From a virus (Duplodnaviria > Caudoviricetes), in the IMG/VR virus record IMGVR_UViG_3300042884_000608, positions 1 to 42,140 of that record: DNA of 42,140 nt. The stretch is one strand, 5' to 3'. Below, piece by piece: positions 34,108-42,140 of this stretch. A program made the translations under genes and the position numbers. Numbering within the stretch: position 1 is the stretch's first letter; every line of letters begins with the position of its first letter. The notes beneath the pieces were generated by a model. The model saw only the letters and a program-made list of their open reading frames with translations, ran no database searches and was not told the DNA's origin.

Positions 34108-36822
34108 TCATTTTGACCAATTACGCGAAAAGTTTTTACGCGCTTGTCTTTGTTCTACAATTCTAAATATACCGTTTGCGTTGGCACTTACTGTTGTACG
34201 TGGCATGTATTTAGGCAATTCAGTTAAAACATTTTCGATACGTTCTAATCTGTTTTCTAATCCGCCGTATGTTTGCGCAACATTTACAAAGATAGACTTT
34301 TGTCCTAATTCAGAACTAAGGCTAACGTTATCGCCAAATGCACCTAAAGCGCTTTTGATGCCGCCTTGCTGATATGCTTTAGAAAATGTATTCAGTACAT
34401 CGGCAGGTATTCTGTTATTGTGTACAGCGCTAAGAACATCCCAATATTTATTATTTGTATCGGTTGTTATAACACGTTCACCTTCATTCAGCATTGCAGG
34501 GATTGTGTCACGTCCTGCTTTGTTTTGTCCACGTTCTAAGTATTCAACACCATGAAAGAAAGCGTTGCCAGCTGCTACCCTTGCCTGTGCTAAACCTGCA
34601 ATAAGCGACGCAAGTGTTAAGGCTATCGTAATAGGTGCAGCCGCTCCACCTTCAGCAGCCGCCTTTGAAATAGCTATAGCTGCATTTATTGCCAACTGTA
34701 CAGATGCTAAATTCTTTTCGCGTTCAACAGCGCGCGCCCGTTCAGCTTCAAGTTTTTCTAAACGTTCCTTTTCAATTTCTAATTGCCTTGCATTGTAATT
34801 TTCACTATTAGAACGTATTTCATCTAATGCCGATTTGCTTTTATCTATTGCCTTGTCAAGCCCTGCAATATATGCCTGCACTTGAGCGTTAAGAACATTG
34901 AAAACATTATCGGAAACGCCTTGGATTAGTTGTGCCGATTGGTCTATAAGTTCTTTTTGTTTGTCGAGTGCTTCCTTATCATCTTCTTCTTTTTGCTTTT
35001 GTTCAGCTTTAGTGCGGTCGGCATTTTGCTTTGCAGCATCGGTATTGATTTTGTTTAACTCAATGACTTGCAATTTAGCCTGTTCAATTTGTTTGTTTAG
35101 TTCGGCTTCGGCTGCTTTGTCATTTGAATTAGTAGCAACTAACTTTAAAGATTCTAATAACTTAATCCTATCATTTAAAATTTGAATATTAGCCTTCTTT
35201 TCAATTTCTTTTCGTGCATTGTTATATCCTTCGTCAATATCTTCAAAAGCCTTTGCAAGTTGTTCCTGGTCGGTTATATTTTGAGCGGCATAAATCAATT
35301 TATCATTTCGTTCAGTTTCAAGTGCTGCCAACTGTTTAGCCAAATTAGCTTCATTATTATTTTCAATCAAATCTGATTCAGCCTTCAAAGCATCGTTTAA
35401 TTCTTTTAGCTTTTGAATTAAATCTTCTCTTGTTGGGCCTATTATAGCATCTTTATTTTTGTCCTTTTTTTCTTTAAGATTTTCATAGTATTTATCGAAT
35501 AGCTTTTCTCTTTCTTCCAAGCCTTCTAATTGCATTATTCTAAGTTCGGTATCATCAAGTTCTAATTCTTTTGCATACTTCTGTCTTAGTATTAACAATT
35601 GGTCAATTAGATTAGCCTCGGCTTCTACGCGCTCAATACTACCTTCTTCGGTTCTTAATATTATAAGTTTTAATCTGTTTGTTTCATTTTCAATATCTTT
35701 ATTTGCAGCGTCAAGTGCTTTTTTGCGTTGTTCCTGTCTGTTTTTTTCTGCTAAGTCATTAAGGCGTTTGTTTTTTTCCTTTTGAATAACTTGTTCACGC
35801 AAATCTTGTTCTTGAAATATTTTTTGTTCAGCATCAAAGGCTTTTTGCATTGCAGTTCTTAATCTTGAAGCTCTAATACTTGCATCAGAGCTACTTGTTA
35901 AAGCAAATTCAGCCTCAGCATCTGCTAAATCTTTTTGAATTTCAATTCGCCTTTTTTCAGATTCAGCTATTCTTTGACTAATTTCATTATATAACTTTTG
36001 AGTTTGCAATTCAGCAGATTCAATAATACCTTGTGAAGTATCACCTAATAACTGTACACGTGCATCAGCTAAAGCAAATTCTATTTCTTTAATTTTATCC
36101 GCGCGTTCTTGTTCTATTCTTACAATTTCATTTGAAGTTTCTTGATATGTTTTTGTTAATTCGCGTCTTCTTTTTTCTTCTTCATCTGTTAAACTACCCC
36201 TTTGCGATTCGATAGCATTTAACTTTTCAAGTTCAACTTCTGCAATACTTAAACGTTCTGTCAAACTTAATGTAGTATCGTTTAACTTTTCCATATTCTC
36301 CGCTGTCTTATCAGTCGTTGTAAACAAGCTACCAAAAAATGAAAGTACAGGCCCAGCGAAACTCATAATTAAACCAAACGGCAATAAAGAACCCATTAAC
36401 CTAAACGCAAAACCTAACTGACTAACAACGCGGCGCATACTACCAATTTGGCGTGCACCCTGTATTATTGAACCTGTAAATCCGCGCTGCTGTGTTGCCG
36501 CCTGTCCTGTACTTACTGCTATCTGTTTATTTGTAGTGTCTAATTGCCTACCAACTGTAACACCTGTTTTAGATTCGGCGTTAACTTGTTTTTGTGTATT
36601 TACTAAAACGTTACGCTTCTGATTTAACTGTTCAACGCCTTTAGCTTCAGTTCCTAAAACGTTAACTAAGTTTGCTTGTGCTTCTTCAAGTTCATCGGCA
36701 ACATCAACGCCTTGTTCCATAGCGCTGTTAAGCTGGTCGATACTTGCAATAGCTGAATTGATTTCAGTTTGAAACTGACTGCTATTGAATTCTAAACTAT
36801 AAACATCTTTAATTTCTGCCAT
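34108..36822 (-). CDS. Tape measure protein
   Basis: 904 aa helical with hydrophobic segments; GRDTIPAMLNEGERV; follows the frameshifted chaperone. Confidence 0.85.
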   Translation of the reverse strand: MAEIKDVYSLEFNSSQFQTEINSAIASIDQLNSAMEQGVDVADELEEAQANLVNVLGTEAKGVEQLNQKRNVLVNTQKQVNAESKTGVTVGRQLDTTNKQIAVSTGQAATQQRGFTGSIIQGARQIGSMRRVVSQLGFAFRLMGSLLPFGLIMSFAGPVLSFFGSLFTTTDKTAENMEKLNDTTLSLTERLSIAEVELEKLNAIESQRGSLTDEEEKRRRELTKTYQETSNEIVRIEQERADKIKEIEFALADARVQLLGDTSQGIIESAELQTQKLYNEISQRIAESEKRRIEIQKDLADAEAEFALTSSSDASIRASRLRTAMQKAFDAEQKIFQEQDLREQVIQKEKNKRLNDLAEKNRQEQRKKALDAANKDIENETNRLKLIILRTEEGSIERVEAEANLIDQLLILRQKYAKELELDDTELRIMQLEGLEEREKLFDKYYENLKEKKDKNKDAIIGPTREDLIQKLKELNDALKAESDLIENNNEANLAKQLAALETERNDKLIYAAQNITDQEQLAKAFEDIDEGYNNARKEIEKKANIQILNDRIKLLESLKLVATNSNDKAAEAELNKQIEQAKLQVIELNKINTDAAKQNADRTKAEQKQKEEDDKEALDKQKELIDQSAQLIQGVSDNVFNVLNAQVQAYIAGLDKAIDKSKSALDEIRSNSENYNARQLEIEKERLEKLEAERARAVEREKNLASVQLAINAAIAISKAAAEGGAAAPITIALTLASLIAGLAQARVAAGNAFFHGVEYLERGQNKAGRDTIPAMLNEGERVITTDTNNKYWDVLSAVHNNRIPADVLNTFSKAYQQGGIKSALGAFGDNVSLSSELGQKSIFVNVAQTYGGLENRLERIENVLTELPKYMPRTTVSANANGIFRIVEQRQARKNFSRNWSK

Positions 36823-37124
36823 TATTTTTTTATATTTTTTTGAGCATTTTCAGCCCTATCATTATCTTTTAATATTTGTTCAAGTGCCGCGTAATAATCA
36901 CGAATAACCCAAAACCTAACGTTAGCCATTTGCACGGGGTCACCCTTTGTTATTATATAATCATTTTCGCGGTTTTGTTCTTTCAGTTTTTGTAGTGCGT
37001 GCTGATATGTTTGCGGTTTTTTAATCGGTTTTGCTTTAGGGTCTATCTTGTTAAGCCTTGGAAAATTTAAACGTTTGAAGCGCTCGAACCTTTCAAGATT
37101 TGTTCTATACTGTTCAAAAAAAAA
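36822..37124 (-). CDS. Tail assembly chaperone gpGT extension (-1 frame)
   Basis: T9 run at 37124-37116 leads into a 98-codon open -1 frame (EQYRTNLERF...NIKK*) whose TAA overlaps the tape measure ATG. Confidence 0.85.
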   Translation of the reverse strand, partial: FFFEQYRTNLERFERFKRLNFPRLNKIDPKAKPIKKPQTYQHALQKLKEQNRENDYIITKGDPVQMANVRFWVIRDYYAALEQILKDNDRAENAQKNIKK

Positions 37125-37627
37125 GCGCGCAGTTCATCATCTTTTTTTATTGCATCCATTTTGCGTTGCTGTGTTTCGCTGTTTATTATGTACGGGTTTT
37201 CGTTATCGATATAGAAAAAATACAAACCAGCTTCAAGTAATAGGTCATCTATCTTAACACTTTTAAGCCTATAAATAATGTCATTCAATTGGTCTTTAGA
37301 CTTACTATGAAATTCCTTTAGCTTATCGCGTGTCATATTTTGCCAAGGCATATCCTCAACCGTTTCCAAAATGCCTGATAGCTTTTCAACTACTTCGTTT
37401 TTATGAATACCATAATCAATAGCGGTCATGGCTTCTTCAATCCTTTGCGCACGTTCACGCGTTAAATTAGCAGGGTTTTTAAGAATATAAAAGTTATTAC
37501 CTTGACGGTCTGTAAATACCCTTGTTAACTCAATACGCTGCTTTGTTGTTTCGGGAATGTAGGTTTTAAGCCACTTTGAATAGTTCTTTTCGTTTTGTTC
37601 TGCTCTGTTTCGCTTTCTGAAAATCAT
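37067..37627 (-). CDS. Tail assembly chaperone gpG-like
   Basis: 186 aa; slippery GCT TTT TTT TTG near the 3' end; upstream of tape measure. Confidence 0.8.
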   Translation of the reverse strand: MIFRKRNRAEQNEKNYSKWLKTYIPETTKQRIELTRVFTDRQGNNFYILKNPANLTRERAQRIEEAMTAIDYGIHKNEVVEKLSGILETVEDMPWQNMTRDKLKEFHSKSKDQLNDIIYRLKSVKIDDLLLEAGLYFFYIDNENPYIINSETQQRKMDAIKKDDELRAFFLNSIEQILKGSSASNV

Positions 37628-37697
37628 GTGTTTAGTATTTAGCTGTAAAGATATTTCAAAAAAAGATAAATATTTTTATAAAATTTTAATAAAATTA

Positions 37698-37728
37698 TTT
37701 GCAATTATGAAAACAGTAACTATCTTTG
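37698..37728 (+). promoter_or_regulatory. Consensus Bacteroidota promoter
   Basis: TTTG (37698) - 19 nt - TATCTTTG (37721). Confidence 0.8.
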
Positions 37729-37786
37729 TAAGGCATTACAATAAAAGCTAACAGCGACCCGCTGGTCAGGGTATAAACTTGGTCTT

Positions 37787-38023
37787 ATGAAGCCAGTTTT
37801 TGTTTCTCGCTCTTTTATTGTTGAGTCTTCTAAGAAAGACAAAACATTTATATCTAATACTTTTATCCTTAAATTTAAGGATGGAAGCGAAAAATTTATC
37901 AACCAAAAACGTTGGGTTGATACAAGATTGCTAACAACTTATCAATTGGAGGCTACAATTAGCAATCCATTTATTGAATATCTTGCAAAAGATACTTGCC
38001 CACTATATTACCAAGAATGGTAA
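37787..38023 (+). CDS. Hypothetical early protein
   Basis: 78 aa; first ORF after the promoter. Confidence 0.6.
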   Translation: MKPVFVSRSFIVESSKKDKTFISNTFILKFKDGSEKFINQKRWVDTRLLTTYQLEATISNPFIEYLAKDTCPLYYQEW

Positions 38024-38083
38024 ACAACATCAAGGTTTTCGGTCAGCCTACAAAACCGAACTTTAACTTTAAAACTTCACACA

Positions 38084-38401
38084 ATGAAAACACTATTTTT
38101 TATTTTACTATTTAGCGCAACAGCATACGCGCAAACAGATACGCTATACTGTATTCAAATACTTAGCACAAAGACACCTGAATACGTAACAGCGGAACAG
38201 CTTAATATTATGCCATTCGACACGGTTATGTATGAACAGGCTGGCAATTATTACAGGCTTATGATAGTTTATAAAGATTTGTTTGAAGCTGAAATATCTT
38301 TGGCTTCATGGCAACGCGCTTATTCAGATGCTTTTATTTGCCGCCGTACTTTTGCGCAGGCTTCACAACTTAAAAAATTCTATACCAATGAAAGCAATTG
38401 A
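38084..38401 (+). CDS. Secreted SPOR-domain-like protein
   Basis: Signal peptide ...ATAYA/Q; YCIQILS...YYRLMI..Y....EA...L......YSDAFI. Confidence 0.65.
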   Translation: MKTLFFILLFSATAYAQTDTLYCIQILSTKTPEYVTAEQLNIMPFDTVMYEQAGNYYRLMIVYKDLFEAEISLASWQRAYSDAFICRRTFAQASQLKKFYTNESN

Positions 38402-39158
38402 TATAAGATTTAACGTTGTGCATCAAAAGAAAGGCATACTACAGCGTTTATTATTAGAAGCTAACAGATACAAGCCTTTGACATTCGAAGAAGAGCGCAC
38501 GGCCACACGTGAGCAACTTATAAATCACAATATGATGTTTGCCATAACTGTAGCGTTTAGGCATTATGTTCAATCGGTTGACATTATGGATATAATTAGC
38601 GAATCAATGATAGGACTAATTAAAGCAGCCGATAAGTTTGACCGTAATAGTGAATATAAATTCATATCATTTGCGGTTTATCAGATGCGTTCAGAAATTC
38701 AAAACTTCATAAATAGCAAACGCGATATTATACGATATCCAGATAAGGCATATATTGTTAAGCATCAGATGCGAAATATACATGATGAAACAACTGAGAA
38801 CATAGCCAAAAAAATAAAGGCATCAGAACACTATGTCAACATGGCTAAAAATATGTTAGGCTTTGTAAGTCTTGACCATACAGATGATGAAGGTAATGAA
38901 TTGTATTCGCCCGCTTCTGATTCACAAACAGATGCAATAGCTTTGCAGTCAGATAATGAAAAGGTGTTTAACTACCTAATCAAATATTTAAATGATTCAG
39001 AATACAAAGTTATTCAGCATAGATATTTAGAAGGCTTTGCCAAAGACTATAAACAAATAGGGCAAATGATAAACGTTACAGGTGAACGTGCAAGGCAATT
39101 AGATAAACAGGCTTTAGACAAAATAAAAAATCAATATGCAAGAATCCAAATGGGTTAA
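38388..39158 (+). CDS. RNA polymerase sigma-70 family factor (RpoD/RpoS-like regions 2-4)
   Basis: LINHNMMFAITVA, DIISESMIGLIKAADKFD, KFISFAV, SLD, IG..INVTGERARQL. Confidence 0.92.
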   Translation: MKAIDIRFNVVHQKKGILQRLLLEANRYKPLTFEEERTATREQLINHNMMFAITVAFRHYVQSVDIMDIISESMIGLIKAADKFDRNSEYKFISFAVYQMRSEIQNFINSKRDIIRYPDKAYIVKHQMRNIHDETTENIAKKIKASEHYVNMAKNMLGFVSLDHTDDEGNELYSPASDSQTDAIALQSDNEKVFNYLIKYLNDSEYKVIQHRYLEGFAKDYKQIGQMINVTGERARQLDKQALDKIKNQYARIQMG

Positions 39159-39528
39159 AGAACTAATTTTAAGCGGGCAACCTGATAATATTGAACTTGG
39201 TTTAATCCTTAACGATTCGTTTAACTATTTTCCGTTAACCCGTAAGTTTTACAGAAAATATAAGCGTTTAAAGTTCTGGTATCCATCGCGGCATTATACA
39301 GTCTTAGTATCAGAATCGCGTTATTATTCATGGGTTGCACTATTGAACAACGAACTTAAAACGCATCGGGCTTATTTTTGGCTTGACTTTCAGGAACCGA
39401 AGTATAAAACGCCTTGGCAGCAATGGCAGCAGCATATTACAAATTATTTAAAATGGCCTTATGAAGGTCCAATGTTTACAGGCGGCGGGCATCCTTATAC
39501 TACTATGTTTGCACGCTGGCGTAATTAG
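39136..39528 (+). CDS. Hypothetical protein (aromatic-rich)
   Basis: 130 aa overlapping the end of the sigma gene. Confidence 0.55.
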   Translation: MQESKWVKELILSGQPDNIELGLILNDSFNYFPLTRKFYRKYKRLKFWYPSRHYTVLVSESRYYSWVALLNNELKTHRAYFWLDFQEPKYKTPWQQWQQHITNYLKWPYEGPMFTGGGHPYTTMFARWRN

Positions 39529-39556
39529 ACCATTTCGTTGACTTTAACGATATGGT
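39529..39556. terminator. Hairpin between convergent genes
   Basis: ACCAT-T-TCGTT / AACGA-T-ATGGT inverted repeat. Confidence 0.5.
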
Positions 39557-39571
39557 GACCTCAACAAAACG

Positions 39572-40408
39572 TTAATACATCTTACCGTTAGCTAAAAACT
39601 TATCGGCCCAAACATTAACTTGTTCTGCATAGAAGTTGCCTTGGTCATCGACATTAACAAGTGCAAAACCATTAGCCCACAGTTGACGCTGAAACCTTGG
39701 CATATATGAAAAGCCTTTAGACTTTATATCAAATAAACCACCGATGTTAAACGCGGCTTTGTTCCCAGTGTGATAGCATTGCACGCGGTGGGTATGTCCA
39801 AACATTACAGAGTGTTGCGTTTTATCTAAGTGTGCCTTTGCAGCATGAATAGAAGTGTAAACGCCGTGAACTATATCTAAGTGTTTGCCTAACGTGAAAT
39901 AATCGCTTTGCCAATCTGTTTTAACATCCCATCCGCGCTCATGTAAGTATAGCGCTTCGCATGGGTTTATTAAAGCGCCGCCGTATTTTGCGTTGTCCTT
40001 TTCTTTGATATGCCTAAAGTATCGGTCTTCATGGTTGCCAAATAAAAAATATTTCTTAGCACCTTTGAACGCGCTGTTAATATCATCAATTCCCTGCAAT
40101 CCATCAATATATTCATCTTGCAATGTAAGGCCCGATAAGTTAGCTAATGATTCGGCATTATAACTGCCTAAAGTATAAAGGTCTAAATAATCGCCCGCAA
40201 TAACAAGGCCGTGTAAATTCGTGCCTAATTCAGATATAAGCCTAAGTAGTTTTTGCCATAGTATCTGATTGTGAAACGGTCTGTGAACATCTGAAATTAC
40301 TAACCAGCGCTGCAAACTTTTGTTTTGTCGGCGCTTTTCATTTATTAGGTTTTTCCAATATTCTACTTCTTCATTAGAATGTACTTTAATTTTGGGGCGG
40401 TAAATCAT
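39572..40408 (-). CDS. Calcineurin-like metallophosphoesterase
   Basis: SDVH, GDYLD, GNHEDR, VHG, GHTH. Confidence 0.92.
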   Translation of the reverse strand: MIYRPKIKVHSNEEVEYWKNLINEKRRQNKSLQRWLVISDVHRPFHNQILWQKLLRLISELGTNLHGLVIAGDYLDLYTLGSYNAESLANLSGLTLQDEYIDGLQGIDDINSAFKGAKKYFLFGNHEDRYFRHIKEKDNAKYGGALINPCEALYLHERGWDVKTDWQSDYFTLGKHLDIVHGVYTSIHAAKAHLDKTQHSVMFGHTHRVQCYHTGNKAAFNIGGLFDIKSKGFSYMPRFQRQLWANGFALVNVDDQGNFYAEQVNVWADKFLANGKMY

Positions 40409-40412
40409 AAGG

Positions 40413-41864
40413 TTATAATTTAATGTCTTGACAAAATGTATTCAGTAAATACCTAAGGTTATCAAGTAAGTCAGCCTGTCGTTCTTCACCTTTGCCTTTA
40501 ATGATTCGGCGGCTGTTATCTGATTTGATACGCAAACAGTCCATACGCAAGCCTTGGCATTTATCTTCATATATCTGAAAGTCGGGGCACATGCTTATAA
40601 TAGTATTCGTTTGCACGTACGATTCAGCATGCAGCGGATTAGCTTTAGGTACTACAAAGAAACGCGCGGGCAACTGCAATTCTTCTTGTATAATTTCGTA
40701 ATATGTTTTTGAAACGCGCTGCCTACCATCGGAACGGTCACCACTCGCATCACCTGTTATCAATAGCGGAATAGTGCATGGATAAATAGCAGTATCAGAC
40801 CAACGCCCGATTTTCTTATTTGTTTCTGCAAATATCCATTCCCTAAACGCCTGGCATGTATCATAGATTGATGCTTCGCCGCGTTCTTCACTACCTATCT
40901 TAAATTCCTTTACGATGTGCACACCATAGCGATAACGTGAACGGGCCGATACATCAGGCGCTAATGTAGTTTTGCGCATAACGGCGGCCGTCATAGGTAT
41001 TTTATTGAAGTCAAACGAAACGTAAATCTGTTCCGTTTCCCAATTGATTTTCTTTGATGGCTGAAATACTTTTTGTTGTATGCTTTTATCTTTTAAAACA
41101 TAAACCCATGCTTCACCTGAATAGTCGACAAAAACAGATTTGTATTCCTGTTCAAAAGTTAAGCGGTCAAGGTCGCGGCTTGCATCGGCAACTTCATCAG
41201 GGTCTATGTTTGGGTTATCAGTTGTTTCCATTCGGAATGTAATCCAACTATTAGAACCGTTTTCGCTTTGTGGCAAATCTATGTCATTATAGCAATTCTT
41301 TTCAACGTTGCCAGCCTTTGCGCCGTTACGGCATAGTTCGTACCAATAGTTATCTTTACCCGCTGCTGTACCAATAAAAAACGCCTCACCTTTGTAGTCA
41401 GTCAAGGTGGGGCGGCTTACAGTTTTCCAATGATATTCTAATATATGGCTTGGTATTTTTTGCGTTTCTTCATAGATAACGCGGTGATACTTTCGCCCGC
41501 GCCCTTTATCTTTTCGCCCTTCATCGCCAATGGACCACACTTCTAAAACGCCGCCGTTTAAAAACTGCATTATTTTTGAAGTTTCGTCTTTGTGTTTAAT
41601 GATTCCGCCCTCAGATATTGTTTTATAAGTATCTACTATCTTATTCCAGCTTTGCGCAAAATCTTTAAAGTCATCGACAAAGATACCAACAAACTTACCT
41701 TCAAACACGGCAGGGCTTATAAGCGGTAAGGCAACCGATGTTATAAGTTCTGTTTTGCCGAAACGGCGTGCGCAAACTATACAGTTAAACCTGCGCTTAT
41801 TATCTAATATTCGTTTTTGCCCTGTGTGCGGCTTAAACAGTTGTATGTTTATGTTGCGCGGCAC
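40413..41864 (-). CDS. terL: Terminase large subunit
   Basis: PHTGQ, ARRFGKT, GRGR....VIYEE, FEQEY, SFDFN, ITGDASG, DLLDNLRY. Confidence 0.95.
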   Translation of the reverse strand: MPRNINIQLFKPHTGQKRILDNKRRFNCIVCARRFGKTELITSVALPLISPAVFEGKFVGIFVDDFKDFAQSWNKIVDTYKTISEGGIIKHKDETSKIMQFLNGGVLEVWSIGDEGRKDKGRGRKYHRVIYEETQKIPSHILEYHWKTVSRPTLTDYKGEAFFIGTAAGKDNYWYELCRNGAKAGNVEKNCYNDIDLPQSENGSNSWITFRMETTDNPNIDPDEVADASRDLDRLTFEQEYKSVFVDYSGEAWVYVLKDKSIQQKVFQPSKKINWETEQIYVSFDFNKIPMTAAVMRKTTLAPDVSARSRYRYGVHIVKEFKIGSEERGEASIYDTCQAFREWIFAETNKKIGRWSDTAIYPCTIPLLITGDASGDRSDGRQRVSKTYYEIIQEELQLPARFFVVPKANPLHAESYVQTNTIISMCPDFQIYEDKCQGLRMDCLRIKSDNSRRIIKGKGEERQADLLDNLRYLLNTFCQDIKL

Positions 41865-42140
41865 TACTTAGCTTCAGGTGGATATTGAATGTTTATGTTA
41901 ATGTTTTTATCGTCCTGCGCTTCGCCCTTCGGTTCTACTATGCCATAGTTAAACCCTAACAATAGTTTAGTAATTGCAGGATTTGACTTGCCATCTAAGC
42001 CCCTAACTACTTTGTTTGTTAGTATTTTGTGTTTCGCCCGCGCTATAAATACCGAAAATTCAGGCCTTTCGGCGTAATTCAAAAGCGTATCAGCATCACA
42101 ATCTAAAAAATCAGCTAAACCATAGATAGTATATGGTATT
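41864..42140 (-). CDS. terS: Terminase small subunit (P22 gp3-like), 5' truncated
   Basis: Frame open to the window edge: IPYTIYGLADFLDCDADTLLNYAERPEF...; abuts terL. Confidence 0.85.
   Translation of the reverse strand, partial: IPYTIYGLADFLDCDADTLLNYAERPEFSVFIARAKHKILTNKVVRGLDGKSNPAITKLLLGFNYGIVEPKGEAQDDKNININIQYPPEAK

Noticed and set aside
34181-35376. Several + strand ORFs within the tape measure gene (and similar shadow ORFs elsewhere, e.g. 4402, 7242, 9256, 13108, 20436, 22271, 25100)
   Set aside because: Antisense shadows of well-supported genes
37752-37772. Further mini-pseudoknot CAGC-G-ACCC-GCTG-GTCA-GGGT in the island leader
   Set aside because: Only 4-bp stems and a different loop pattern; cannot be distinguished from chance without homologs
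38283-38387. Longer N-terminus of the sigma factor
   Set aside because: Lies inside the SPOR-like gene; ATG 38388 gives the usual short overlap
1-42140. Stop-codon reassignment
   Set aside because: Genes are intact and densely packed under the standard code; TAA, TAG and TGA all end genes

Overview
This window is most of the genome of an AT-rich, tailed dsDNA phage, probably long-tailed, infecting a Bacteroidota (Flavobacterium/Cytophaga-like) host. The host call rests on repeated TTG-N19-TAnnTTTG promoters and on gene families typical of such phages. No integrase, DNA polymerase, primase, reverse transcriptase or CRISPR array is visible, and the small terminase gene runs off the right edge. 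Layout from left to right: (1) iteron-like repeats; (2) a leftward operon with RecE-like exonuclease, Sak/Rad52 annealase, a ParB-DUF4326 fusion and its partner; (3) a rightward early/replication region with Cro-like HTH, SF2 helicase, adenine methyltransferase, VRR-NUC, stand-alone DnaB N-terminal domain, P-loop helicase, SSB, MazG and three peptidoglycan hydrolases; (4) a long leftward virion region in unusual order (tail chaperone with -1 frameshift, tape measure, spanins and tail upstream of portal/head, holin last); (5) a rightward island encoding a SPOR protein and a sigma-70 factor; (6) a metallophosphoesterase and the terminase. The most notable unexplained signals are two tandem tRNA-like elements with a compensatory base change (5791-5988), a kissing-loop leader before the ParB-DUF4326 cassette, recurrent mini-pseudoknots, an exported peptidoglycan-remodelling gene set, a possible host-primase adaptor, a UVR-motif protein beside the scaffold, and cysteine-rich virion proteins. 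All protein calls come from motif recognition by eye; no database search was run.
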